From sequence record MW248466.1: 64,000 nt of DNA. The stretch is one strand, 5' to 3'. The notes beneath the pieces were generated by a model. The model was not told where the DNA came from, did not search any database, and was given only the letters and a program-made list of their open reading frames with translations. Each line of letters begins with the position of its first letter. Position 1 is the stretch's first letter. Positions 9,848 to 18,548 of this stretch are shown here, piece by piece. A program made the position numbers and the translations under genes.

Positions 9848-9885
9848 AACTAAAAAAAAAAACAAAAAGAAAAGGATGATTTATT

Positions 9886-10395
9886 ATGATGAAAAAATTT
9901 AACCAAGAAATGATCAACAAAATTCAAGAGGCTATGTTACCTTTATTAAAAGAAGAATTAGGAAATGAAATTGAAACAGTAGAATTTAAAGTAGAAGATA
10001 GATTAGCAATTAATTCACTTTTCGTAACAGCACAACAAGAAATGGCAGCGAAATTAACTAAAGGTGGATTTAACTTAGATAAGACAGTATTCATCTTCTC
10101 GGACAAAGCTCCAGAATACAAACCTGTAGTTTCTATATACCAATCAATAAATAAAGTAACTTCTTTAGGATCAAAAAGAAGATTTGTTAAAAGTATTTTA
10201 GAAACAATCGCACATGAATATCGTCATGCATACCAATTCATCAATGGACAAATTGATGTTGAGAAATTCATCAGAGGAGAATATAGCTACCAAAGTGCTT
10301 CTCAATATAAAGCTCTTGAGACTGAGAAAGATGCATTTGCATTCCAAGCAGAATTCTCTAAGAAGTATTTCAAGCAAGTTTTAAAAGCATTATAA
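9886..10395 (+). CDS. Putative zinc metallopeptidase-like protein (HExxH)
   Basis: LETIAHEYRHAYQ followed by a downstream E (ETEKDA). Confidence 0.6.
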   Translation: MMKKFNQEMINKIQEAMLPLLKEELGNEIETVEFKVEDRLAINSLFVTAQQEMAAKLTKGGFNLDKTVFIFSDKAPEYKPVVSIYQSINKVTSLGSKRRFVKSILETIAHEYRHAYQFINGQIDVEKFIRGEYSYQSASQYKALETEKDAFAFQAEFSKKYFKQVLKAL

Positions 10396-10432
10396 TATTT
10401 ATAACAAATAAAATTTAAATGGAGGGAATATT

Positions 10433-10528
10433 ATGAAAATCACTATCATTAAAGAAAATAAAAAAACTTCTTATAGAATTAGTCTTAAAACTATTCTATT
10501 TGAAAGAAAATTAATTAAAAAATTATAA
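10433..10528 (+). CDS. 31-aa basic peptide
   Basis: GGAGGG RBS plus ATG; MKITIIKENKKTSYRISLKTILFERKLIKKL. Confidence 0.5.
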   Translation: MKITIIKENKKTSYRISLKTILFERKLIKKL

Positions 10529-10555
10529 GGAGATGAAAAGGATACTGTTTTAAAG

Positions 10556-10608
10556 AGACTTAATGGACATGGATCAAGTTCATTAAGTCTATAATTTTCT
10601 ATGATCCA
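10556..10608 (+). repeat. Hairpin plus TTTTCTATGATCC element
   Basis: 13-bp stem, loop ATGGATCAA, motif at 10595-10607. Confidence 0.8.
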
Positions 10609-10646
10609 AACAAAAAATAAAATTGAAATTAAAAGGAGAAATTAAA

Positions 10647-10829
10647 ATGTTAGAATTATTAAATGGAATTGAATTTGTAAACGAAAAGGAAATTAACGAA
10701 GAGAAAGAATTATTAATCAATTATTCAGATGAAGCAAGATATCCATCTGAGCAGACTTACAGAGAAATAGATTCAATTATCGAAAGTTTCGACAATACAG
10801 CTTTCGGATTAAGAAAATGGGGAGTGTAA
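10647..10829 (+). CDS. Hypothetical protein
   Basis: AAGGAG RBS supports ATG 10647 rather than the track start 10623. Confidence 0.65.
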   Translation: MLELLNGIEFVNEKEINEEKELLINYSDEARYPSEQTYREIDSIIESFDNTAFGLRKWGV

Positions 10830-11137
10830 TTAAAATGGTCAGAGAAGAAAAAATTAAACAATTAAAAAAAGAGTTACAAGTAATATTAGATAAAGAAATT
10901 AGATCTAGAAATAAATCAATTTCAAATAGAGATTTTGAAAAGAAATTAGATTTAATGAAACAGATAGACAAGTTAAAATTTGACATTAGATCTGAAAGAT
11001 ATTTAAGAAATGTCAAAAAGAATAAAATTAAGGAATATAAAGGCAGTAATGATTATGCAAAAGCTGGAAGATTACATCAATCTTTCCAAAGTAAAGAAGA
11101 ACACAAAATATGGAAAGAAGAATTAGTAATTCAATAA
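10817..11137 (+). CDS. Hypothetical coiled-coil protein (paralog of 8521-8832)
   Basis: Shared KAGRLH motif; likely start is ATG 10835. Confidence 0.75.
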   Translation: MGSVIKMVREEKIKQLKKELQVILDKEIRSRNKSISNRDFEKKLDLMKQIDKLKFDIRSERYLRNVKKNKIKEYKGSNDYAKAGRLHQSFQSKEEHKIWKEELVIQ

Positions 11138-11142
11138 TATAA

Positions 11143-11394
11143 ATGGAGGAATTTATTATGAAAATATTAAGATTAAAAACAGAATGGGCATTAATATTAG
11201 GTATGATATTAGGAACAGTTGCTGGGATTGCTTCACAAGATTTCTTTGTGGGAGCATCTCTTACATCTCTAATAACATTAATAACAGTAGCTATTAATTA
11301 TTCAATTGGAGATAAGAGAAAAAGTGATATTCAAAAATCTAATAAATCATATTACGTTAGAGTGAATAGTGAGTCAGGAGATGTTTTCAAATAA
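11143..11394 (+). CDS. Small two-TM membrane protein
   Basis: Two hydrophobic helices; similar to the next gene (INYSIG vs INYMIG). Confidence 0.7.
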   Translation: MEEFIMKILRLKTEWALILGMILGTVAGIASQDFFVGASLTSLITLITVAINYSIGDKRKSDIQKSNKSYYVRVNSESGDVFK

Positions 11395-11594
11395 TGGAAA
11401 AAGAAAAGAAATTATTAAAAATAAAACCTTGGATATTGTTTTGGTTTACATTTATATTAGGTTTTATTATAGGTGAATTATTTGGTTATGTGGAAGGAAA
11501 ATCAATATTTGTAGGTGTAATTTTATCTGGAACATGTTTATCCATTAACTACATGATTGGTGAAATTAGAAGAAATGGATTAAAAAGTGATTAG
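11394..11594 (+). CDS. Small two-TM membrane protein (paralog of the previous gene)
   Basis: Overlapping stop/start; two TM helices. Confidence 0.7.
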   Translation: MEKEKKLLKIKPWILFWFTFILGFIIGELFGYVEGKSIFVGVILSGTCLSINYMIGEIRRNGLKSD

Positions 11595-11639
11595 AATTAA
11601 ATTTAGATTATTAATTAAATAATAAGGAGGTGCTTGGAT

Positions 11640-11747
11640 ATGTTATTAGAAAACTTCATTACAATTATCGTGTTACTTGGTTTAATGAAATTTACAGGTT
11701 GTTTCAAATTTATGAAAGAAATCTGGTCTAACAAAGGTAACAAATAA
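11640..11747 (+). CDS. 35-aa single-TM peptide
   Basis: AAGGAGG RBS; MLLENFITIIVLLGLMKFTGCFKFMKEIWSNKGNK. Confidence 0.6.
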   Translation: MLLENFITIIVLLGLMKFTGCFKFMKEIWSNKGNK

Positions 11748-11754
11748 CAATAAA

Positions 11755-11783
11755 AGAGTGGATTATTTTCTATGATCCACTCT
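11755..11783 (+). repeat. TTTTCTATGATCC motif within an 11-bp hairpin
   Basis: agagtggatta/tgatccactct stem with TTTTCTA loop. Confidence 0.8.
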
Positions 11784-11824
11784 ACATATTTAAATTAAAA
11801 AAAAAACGAAAAGAGGAAATTAAA

Positions 11825-12331
11825 ATGAAAAAATTATTAATGGTATTAGCATCAATCGCTTTAATCGCAGTTATCGGAGCAGCAGGAATATTTGGTTATA
11901 GTAGTTTTAAAAGCTTAACAGTCAATAAAGAAGATAGTAAGACTGAAGAAGTATCTAAAAAGAAAGAAGACAAAAAAGAAAAGAAAGAACAAGAAGAATC
12001 AGATAATGTAGAAGTAAATCAACAACAAGATCAAACTCAAGAAGTAAATAATAATGAACAACAAAATCAAACTACAGAAGATAGTAATACAAATGTACAA
12101 CAAAATCAACAACAAGAACCAGTAGTTGAAGAGAAAACTCAAGTAACAGATAATGAAGGTAATAATATAGATGATATGGATTCAGAAGAATTTATTTCTA
12201 AATATACAGAAGGAATGGATGAAGAAGAAGCTCAAACAGTAAAAGACATGGCTGAAGAAGATTCAGGATATGAAGATTTCTTACGTGGACAAGTAGAAGC
12301 TAGACAAAACGGACAAGGCGGAAATTACTAA
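11825..12331 (+). CDS. Membrane-anchored extracellular protein, paralog 1
   Basis: N-terminal anchor ending AAGIFGYSSFK, Q/N/E-rich stalk, distinct C-terminal domain. Confidence 0.75.
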   Translation: MKKLLMVLASIALIAVIGAAGIFGYSSFKSLTVNKEDSKTEEVSKKKEDKKEKKEQEESDNVEVNQQQDQTQEVNNNEQQNQTTEDSNTNVQQNQQQEPVVEEKTQVTDNEGNNIDDMDSEEFISKYTEGMDEEEAQTVKDMAEEDSGYEDFLRGQVEARQNGQGGNY

Positions 12332-12354
12332 TAAGAAGAAAAGAGTGAAATGAA

Positions 12355-12822
12355 ATGAAAAAAATCTTAAGTATTTTAACAGCGATAGCTTTAATCACAG
12401 TTATCGGAGCAGCAGGAGTATTCGGCTATAGTAGTTTTAAAGAATTAAATAATAGTAAAGATAGTCATAAAGTTGAAACAAGTAAAAAACAAAAAGAATC
12501 AGATGATAAAAATAACACTCAACAACAAGAACAAAATACATCAAAAGAAAACAACAATATCCAACAACAATCAAATGAAGATAGCCTAACAGAAAATATG
12601 GATGAAGAATATAAAAAACAACAGGAAATGTATGAAAGGCAATCAAAAAGTGAAGCTCCAGAACCGGATTCTATAATTGGCAATCCACCAAAAAATTATG
12701 AAACTCCAGAAAAAGATAAAATAACTATAAGTGAGTTAAGAGAAGTTTTAGGCGATGATATTGATGAAAGTAAAATTGATGAAGCAAAAGCGTCTGGCGA
12801 ATATATTAATGATGAAGAATAA
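12355..12822 (+). CDS. Membrane-anchored extracellular protein, paralog 2
   Basis: Anchor ending AAGVFGYSSFK, Q/N-rich stalk. Confidence 0.75.
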   Translation: MKKILSILTAIALITVIGAAGVFGYSSFKELNNSKDSHKVETSKKQKESDDKNNTQQQEQNTSKENNNIQQQSNEDSLTENMDEEYKKQQEMYERQSKSEAPEPDSIIGNPPKNYETPEKDKITISELREVLGDDIDESKIDEAKASGEYINDEE

Positions 12823-12853
12823 AAAATAAATAAAAAGAATAGAGGAAAATAAA

Positions 12854-13330
12854 ATGAAAAAATTATTAGTAGCATTATCAATCTTAGCAGTAATTGTAGT
12901 ATTAGTAGCGGCAGGTGTGTTTGGATATTCAAAATATAAAGAAGTAGAAATGAAACAACAGAATTTAGAAACACAATTAGAAGAAAAAAATTCCAATGAT
13001 CAAACTAATGAAAACGATCAACAACAAGAACAAGCAAATACAAATGAATCTCAAAATCAAGAAAATAGTTCAACAAAAAACAATAACGACAATAAACAAA
13101 AAGTATCTAGAGACAATGTATTTGACTATGCTTTAGCTGCAGTAAATGAAGTAGGTGACGCTGATTTAATGAAATTCCAAGAACCTTCTTACAGTGATGG
13201 TGTATGGACAATTGACGCTAATAATAAATCTGGTTCAGGATCTAATACTATAAAAGTATACGATGATGGCTGGGTACAGATATATGATGGATCTGGTGAA
13301 ATAGCTCATGAAACAAAAATAGAACTATAA
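12854..13330 (+). CDS. Membrane-anchored extracellular protein, paralog 3
   Basis: Anchor ending AAGVFGYSKYK, stalk, small beta-rich C-terminal domain. Confidence 0.75.
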   Translation: MKKLLVALSILAVIVVLVAAGVFGYSKYKEVEMKQQNLETQLEEKNSNDQTNENDQQQEQANTNESQNQENSSTKNNNDNKQKVSRDNVFDYALAAVNEVGDADLMKFQEPSYSDGVWTIDANNKSGSGSNTIKVYDDGWVQIYDGSGEIAHETKIEL

Positions 13331-13350
13331 TTATTAAGGAGTGTTGATGA

Positions 13351-13596
13351 ATGATTAAAACAGAAACAAAAAATGAACATTTATTTTTCAAATTTATTTC
13401 AGAATTAGGGCTAACTAACGTGTATGATAACTTTATTGTAAGTGTTCCTTCAGGTCCTAAATTCATTAGATTAAATGAATTTGATGAAATAGAAGTATAT
13501 GAAAAATGTAATGAAAATTTACTGAAAGTAGTCAATATAGATCCTAAATTTGATGACGTACTTTCATTATTTTTCAAAATAACGAAAGGAATTTAA
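13351..13596 (+). CDS. Hypothetical protein
   Basis: AAGGAG RBS. Confidence 0.7.
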   Translation: MIKTETKNEHLFFKFISELGLTNVYDNFIVSVPSGPKFIRLNEFDEIEVYEKCNENLLKVVNIDPKFDDVLSLFFKITKGI

Positions 13597-13602
13597 AATA
13601 TT

Positions 13603-13638
13603 ATAGTCATGAATCTATTTATGTAGATTCATGACTAT
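13603..13638 (+). terminator. Terminator hairpin
   Basis: 15-bp perfect stem atagtcatgaatcta/tagattcatgactat. Confidence 0.7.
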
Positions 13639-13674
13639 TAATTATATATTTTTTTATAAATATAAGAAAGAGAG

Positions 13675-14376
13675 ATGATATTAATTGTGTATGAAATTTC
13701 AATAGCTCTAATGTTTTTAATTGTAATATATTTTTCATTCAATACAATATATAAAACATTAGTAAGTGCGTATAATGAAAAATTAAAAGGAAAGTTCTTT
13801 TCCACATCGTTTTTTACATTTAGTTTATTATTTCCAATAATGATTATTGTATTTTATGATATAGATGGAATAAATATTAAAATAGAGTATGTTTTATTTT
13901 ATTTTATACTATTAATAATCAACTTTGTATTAAATAAATTTCTTAAAGTTCATGATATTATAGTATATACATCATTATTCTATTCTTTATTTATAATGAA
14001 TTACCATTATGAAATAGCTAATGATTTATACTTTGCTATATTTATTGTAATAATTAATTCAATAATTCCATTAGTTAAAATTGAATTACAATTAGCAGAA
14101 ATAATAATTCAAACTGGTGGAGAATATAAAGACATAGATGTGAAGAAGGATATAGTAAGACAGAATTTAAAAATAGTTAATTTAAATGATAATGATACAC
14201 AATTTTCATTAGATAATTTTCTTGAAAGTAAATTTAATAATAATGAAGAATCAATAAATACTTTCTTAGATGAAATGATTGAAAGAATATATTCTGAAAG
14301 AATAAATATAAAATTGTATTGTTATCATATATTAATGGGATTATTAACTATATACTTTTTATTATCTCAAATTTAA
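13675..14376 (+). CDS. Multi-pass membrane protein
   Basis: About 6 hydrophobic segments. Confidence 0.7.
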   Translation: MILIVYEISIALMFLIVIYFSFNTIYKTLVSAYNEKLKGKFFSTSFFTFSLLFPIMIIVFYDIDGINIKIEYVLFYFILLIINFVLNKFLKVHDIIVYTSLFYSLFIMNYHYEIANDLYFAIFIVIINSIIPLVKIELQLAEIIIQTGGEYKDIDVKKDIVRQNLKIVNLNDNDTQFSLDNFLESKFNNNEESINTFLDEMIERIYSERINIKLYCYHILMGLLTIYFLLSQI

Positions 14377-14379
14377 ATA

Positions 14380-14396
14380 TATATTATAAATTTGAG
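14380..14396 (+). promoter_or_regulatory. Putative early promoter
   Basis: TATATTATA-AATT-TGA followed by a stem-loop. Confidence 0.5.
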
Positions 14397-14444
14397 ATTA
14401 ATGATTTATTATTAATCTTTAGACTTAAAAAATAAAAATTAAAG

Positions 14445-14975
14445 GTGGAAATTATCATGACACAAGAATTTTATGCAATCGTACAGTTTCAAAGTAATAG
14501 ACAGTTTCAAGGAAAAGAATATATTTATAAAGTACCTAAGAGACTTATTAAAAATGAAGATGATTTAGTACTAGAAAAATTTGCAATTGTATCTAATTTC
14601 AATCATAAAGATAGTAATTCCGTTCTAAGTCTTTCAGAAGATATTGCTAACGCTATTAGACCAGTAAAAATTAATAAAATCATGGATGAAGACGAATTTA
14701 TTGAATCAGATTATGTTGAAGATGCAGATGATTTAAATTATAGAAAAATTAATCAAGATGAAAGAATCGAGTATAAATACTTATTATCTTTTATCGAAGA
14801 TGAAATTCATGATTATATTGAAGATATTGAGAAAGAAAAAGAAAAAGAAAAAATTGAAAAACTGATGAGACTAAGATTACAGAAGTTAGAAAAGAAAAAA
14901 TCATTTGATAATATTGTCAAAAGTTATGATGATGAAGAATTAAATGAATTATTTAATCGATTTAAAGAGCTTTAA
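14445..14975 (+). CDS. Hypothetical protein
   Basis: ORF track; C-terminal coiled coil. Confidence 0.7.
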   Translation: MEIIMTQEFYAIVQFQSNRQFQGKEYIYKVPKRLIKNEDDLVLEKFAIVSNFNHKDSNSVLSLSEDIANAIRPVKINKIMDEDEFIESDYVEDADDLNYRKINQDERIEYKYLLSFIEDEIHDYIEDIEKEKEKEKIEKLMRLRLQKLEKKKSFDNIVKSYDDEELNELFNRFKEL

Positions 14976-14983
14976 GAAAAATA

Positions 14984-15013
14984 TCCCAATGAGATGTATT
15001 ATTCTCATTGGGA
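14984..15013 (+). terminator. Terminator hairpin
   Basis: tcccaatgaga/tctcattggga. Confidence 0.65.
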
Positions 15014-15047
15014 TTATTTAATTACTTAATCAGGAGATGAAAAGGAT

Positions 15048-15878
15048 ATGTATAACAATAAAAATTTTATGTCAAGTTTAAATTTAAATAAAACAAAGTT
15101 GAGTGAATTTATAGATAAAGAAGATATAAATTCTGATGTGTCTAAGAAAGTGTATTATGAAAAAGTTATCGATTTATATATGGATCAAATATTTAATGTA
15201 GATAATGAATTTTTAAAAAGTTTAATTGACTTTGATGATTTAAAATATACTAAAGATGAATTAGATTATATAATATATGAAGAAATGGGAGTAAATAGAA
15301 ATAATAAAAAAGATATATCTTTAATCATTAATAGAGTATACGAATCTTATAAAGAATCTAAATCAGATAAAAACTATTATTTAATGAAATATTTATTACC
15401 GTTCACATTATATAATGATAGAATTTTTAATAGAAACTTTTATTTACATTTCAGTTCTAGTAGTTTTTTTAAAAATGAATTTATAGATGCACTTACTGAT
15501 ACTTTTATGTATATTAGAGATAATAATATAGAATGTGAAGTTATAGAATTATTATTTAACGATATATGTACTAAAGTATATGTGCACAGTAATGAAGTAG
15601 TGTCTAGAATTTTAGTTAGAATAGCTAAAAAGGATTCTAGTTTATTATTTACCGATGACACTATATTTAATATACTATATTCTTTATATTCACATCAAAC
15701 TATTAAGAAAATAAAAAGAAATATAAGTATAGAAAGTATTGAAAAAATTATAAAAATGAATAGATATACTTATATTGAAAGAATTGAAAAAGCTATAGGA
15801 AGACAATTATCTTTTTATGATAATCCAAACGGTAAAGAAATAAAGAATATGATAAAAGAATTTAAAAATAATAAATAG
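15048..15878 (+). CDS. Hypothetical protein
   Basis: ORF track. Confidence 0.7.
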   Translation: MYNNKNFMSSLNLNKTKLSEFIDKEDINSDVSKKVYYEKVIDLYMDQIFNVDNEFLKSLIDFDDLKYTKDELDYIIYEEMGVNRNNKKDISLIINRVYESYKESKSDKNYYLMKYLLPFTLYNDRIFNRNFYLHFSSSSFFKNEFIDALTDTFMYIRDNNIECEVIELLFNDICTKVYVHSNEVVSRILVRIAKKDSSLLFTDDTIFNILYSLYSHQTIKKIKRNISIESIEKIIKMNRYTYIERIEKAIGRQLSFYDNPNGKEIKNMIKEFKNNK

Positions 15879-15893
15879 GGAGTTGAAACGGAT

Positions 15894-16394
15894 ATGTTAA
15901 AAAATAAAAATATTGAAATTAACCAAGATATTATTAATAATGAATTAATGAAAACAAAATATTTGGAAGAGGCGATGTTGAAAATGTTAAGTCAAGATTT
16001 AATTATAAATTTAAGATTTTTAAAAGATAATTTATTATCTGGATGGGAATTTGAAAATAATACAGCTGAATTTAAAGAAATAGAAAAATTCTATGATCCT
16101 TCACTAAAAATAAGATTAATTTTTAAAGTTAATAATGAAAAAGAAATCAAGTATACTCTTAATGAAGATGTTCAAGACATGTTAGAGAATTTCATGATTA
16201 AGAAAGCTGATGATGAAAGAGCTTGTGAAATTATTAAATCTGTTATTGAGTATGAATATTTTAAGAAAGTAAATAAGAAGGGTCATGATCTTGATATGGA
16301 TACGATTAATTTATTAATGGATGAAGTTAATAGACTCAAAGATAAATACAATATCAGCAATAAACAAGCTAAGAAATTATATATTGCTTATTAG
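15894..16394 (+). CDS. Hypothetical protein
   Basis: ORF track; GGGAG RBS. Confidence 0.7.
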   Translation: MLKNKNIEINQDIINNELMKTKYLEEAMLKMLSQDLIINLRFLKDNLLSGWEFENNTAEFKEIEKFYDPSLKIRLIFKVNNEKEIKYTLNEDVQDMLENFMIKKADDERACEIIKSVIEYEYFKKVNKKGHDLDMDTINLLMDEVNRLKDKYNISNKQAKKLYIAY

Positions 16395-16412
16395 AGGAGA
16401 AGTGATAAATTT

Positions 16413-16973
16413 ATGAGAAAAACAGTAAATCCATTTGATTGGCATATTTTTAAAAAAGGTAAAAATGCAATAATACCTTTTAGATGTCTTATAGCATTGT
16501 TTATATTTTCGATTATAATGCTTTATCTATCAATAATTTATAGTGTCAATTTGTTTTTATTATCTTTAATAATTTTCATTCCTATATTAATAATATCTAC
16601 ATTTATATATGTGAAATATTTTAATGATGAGATTATGGCAGAATACAAATTTATAAATTTTTCTTATGAAATAAAAGGGAATTATTATTCTAAGTGGTTT
16701 TTTAACATGGTAGGAGTTATTGAAAATGAAAAAGAACTTCACGAATTGAATAAAATTATTTTTAATATTAGTAAATTTCACGTAAGAGAATTAGATAGAT
16801 ATAACTGGAAGAATAATACAGGTAAAAATAGATTACTGACTTACAGAGAATTTATCAAATATAGGAAAAATATATTAAAATTAGAAGAAAATATTAAAAT
16901 TGATAAATATATAAAAGAATTTCAAGAATATCATAAATTAAAAATAGATGGAGGAGTATATAATGAAAAATAA
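16413..16973 (+). CDS. Membrane protein (paralog of 16948-17592)
   Basis: FDWHIFKKG...two TM helices...WKNNTGKNRLLTYREF. Confidence 0.75.
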   Translation: MRKTVNPFDWHIFKKGKNAIIPFRCLIALFIFSIIMLYLSIIYSVNLFLLSLIIFIPILIISTFIYVKYFNDEIMAEYKFINFSYEIKGNYYSKWFFNMVGVIENEKELHELNKIIFNISKFHVRELDRYNWKNNTGKNRLLTYREFIKYRKNILKLEENIKIDKYIKEFQEYHKLKIDGGVYNEK

Positions 16974-17592
16974 AATAAATATATTTGATTGGTATATCTA
17001 TAAAAATGGCATGTCAGCAATATTCCCTTCTGTATTTAGCATGTTTTTAACTTCAACACTGGCAATATTATTTACTTCTATATTGTTAATTAATATTAAA
17101 TTAGCATTATTATCTTTATTAGTGTTTATACCAATGATAATTATCTCTATATTTATAAATATAATATTTTTTAATACTAATATTATGACAGAATATGGAG
17201 TAGTAAATAACTCATATAAAGTGAAAGATAAATATTATTCATTTTGGTATATTGAATTAAATGAAGATAATGAGGTTTTTAAAGAAGCTTTTAATAATTT
17301 TAAAAATGAACACGAATGGATTATAAAAGAAGAAAAAGTAAAAAATCTATCAGAAATACTGTTACAAGGATTTTTTATAAAAGACACTAAAATATTGGAA
17401 CTTGTAATAAGAGAAAATAATAGAAAACATTGGAAGAACAATATTGACACAAATAGGTTAATAACTTATAGAGAGTTTCTTAAATATAAAAAGAATAAAA
17501 AGAAATTTGAAAAATCTAAGAAGTTAGAAAAAGAAATAAAAGAATTTCAAGATTACTATAACTTAAACACTAAAGGAGAAATTAAAAAATGA
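16948..17592 (+). CDS. Membrane protein (paralog of 16413-16973)
   Basis: FDWYIYKNG...two TM helices...WKNNIDTNRLITYREF; likely start ATG near 16963. Confidence 0.75.
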   Translation: MEEYIMKNKINIFDWYIYKNGMSAIFPSVFSMFLTSTLAILFTSILLINIKLALLSLLVFIPMIIISIFINIIFFNTNIMTEYGVVNNSYKVKDKYYSFWYIELNEDNEVFKEAFNNFKNEHEWIIKEEKVKNLSEILLQGFFIKDTKILELVIRENNRKHWKNNIDTNRLITYREFLKYKKNKKKFEKSKKLEKEIKEFQDYYNLNTKGEIKK

Positions 17593-18053
17593 ATACTAAA
17601 ATAATCGCAGCATTTCCGGGTACAGGTAAATCTTATATTAAAAATAACATCTCATTCTTAAAAACATCTGATTCAGATTCAACTAGCTTCTCATGGTTAG
17701 TAAAAGATGGAGAAAAGGTTAGAGATCCTAGATTTCCGAAGAATTATATTCGTTATATTAAAGATCTATATTATAAAAATGTAATGGATTATATTTTTGT
17801 ATCAACTCATAAAGAAGTCATCCAAGAGTTAATTGATGCTAATTTAGAATTTGTAGTAGCTTATCCTAAACGTTCAGATAAAGAATTATATTTAAAAAGA
17901 TATAAAGAAAGAGGTTCAGACGATAAATTCATTGAACTTCTTGATAATATGTTTGATAGCTTCATAGATGACATAGAAGATAAAGTTCCTGAAGAAAACA
18001 GAATTGAACTTAATCATAATGAATATCTATCTAATGTATTAGAAAAAATTTAA
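17589..18053 (+). CDS. P-loop nucleotide kinase-like protein
   Basis: N-terminal Walker A IIAAFPGTGKS; size and layout of small phage kinases. Confidence 0.7.
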   Translation: MNTKIIAAFPGTGKSYIKNNISFLKTSDSDSTSFSWLVKDGEKVRDPRFPKNYIRYIKDLYYKNVMDYIFVSTHKEVIQELIDANLEFVVAYPKRSDKELYLKRYKERGSDDKFIELLDNMFDSFIDDIEDKVPEENRIELNHNEYLSNVLEKI

Positions 18054-18070
18054 ATAAGGAGAAATTAAAA

Positions 18071-18529
18071 ATGAGATACTTTAAAGGTGTAGTGGCAGGG
18101 AAAGACTTTTTCTTAAAAGCAAATAATGAAGAAAACGCAATTAAGGAATTAGCATTAAAAGAAATTGAGTCTATAGGATCTTTTACAATGTTAAGTAATG
18201 AAAAACAGAAATATCTAATGATTTTCTTTAATGAAGATGAAGATAAATTTGTTATTGGAAATGGATTAGAATCATATATATCATTAGACAGTCTTAAATC
18301 TGAATTAGAATCTAAAGAGTTAGAATGTTATTATTTAGAATTAGGTAATACAGATAATATTGAGATAGATGGTATTATAAAAAATGAAGAATACACATTA
18401 ACAGAAATAATAATGGAAAGCGTCAAATCAACTATGAATGATTTTTATGAGCAAGTTATAAATTCTGTATTAACTGAGCTGACTGAAAAAGAATATAAAA
18501 ATTCAATAGTTGTTAATAATTTTAAATAA
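18071..18529 (+). CDS. Hypothetical protein with conserved C-terminal tag
   Basis: Ends LTEKEYKNSIVVNNFK. Confidence 0.75.
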   Translation: MRYFKGVVAGKDFFLKANNEENAIKELALKEIESIGSFTMLSNEKQKYLMIFFNEDEDKFVIGNGLESYISLDSLKSELESKELECYYLELGNTDNIEIDGIIKNEEYTLTEIIMESVKSTMNDFYEQVINSVLTELTEKEYKNSIVVNNFK

Positions 18530-18548
18530 CTAGGAAGGAATAGAAATA

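Noticed and set aside
8445-10608. Hairpin/pseudoknot repeats as ToxI-like antitoxin mimics or a CRISPR array
   Set aside because: Copies are dispersed between genes, not tandem with regular spacers; no cas or toxN-like gene was seen.
16089-16099. Partial TTCTATGATCC match
   Set aside because: Only 11 of 13 nt, inside a CDS (FYDP), with no hairpin; probably chance.
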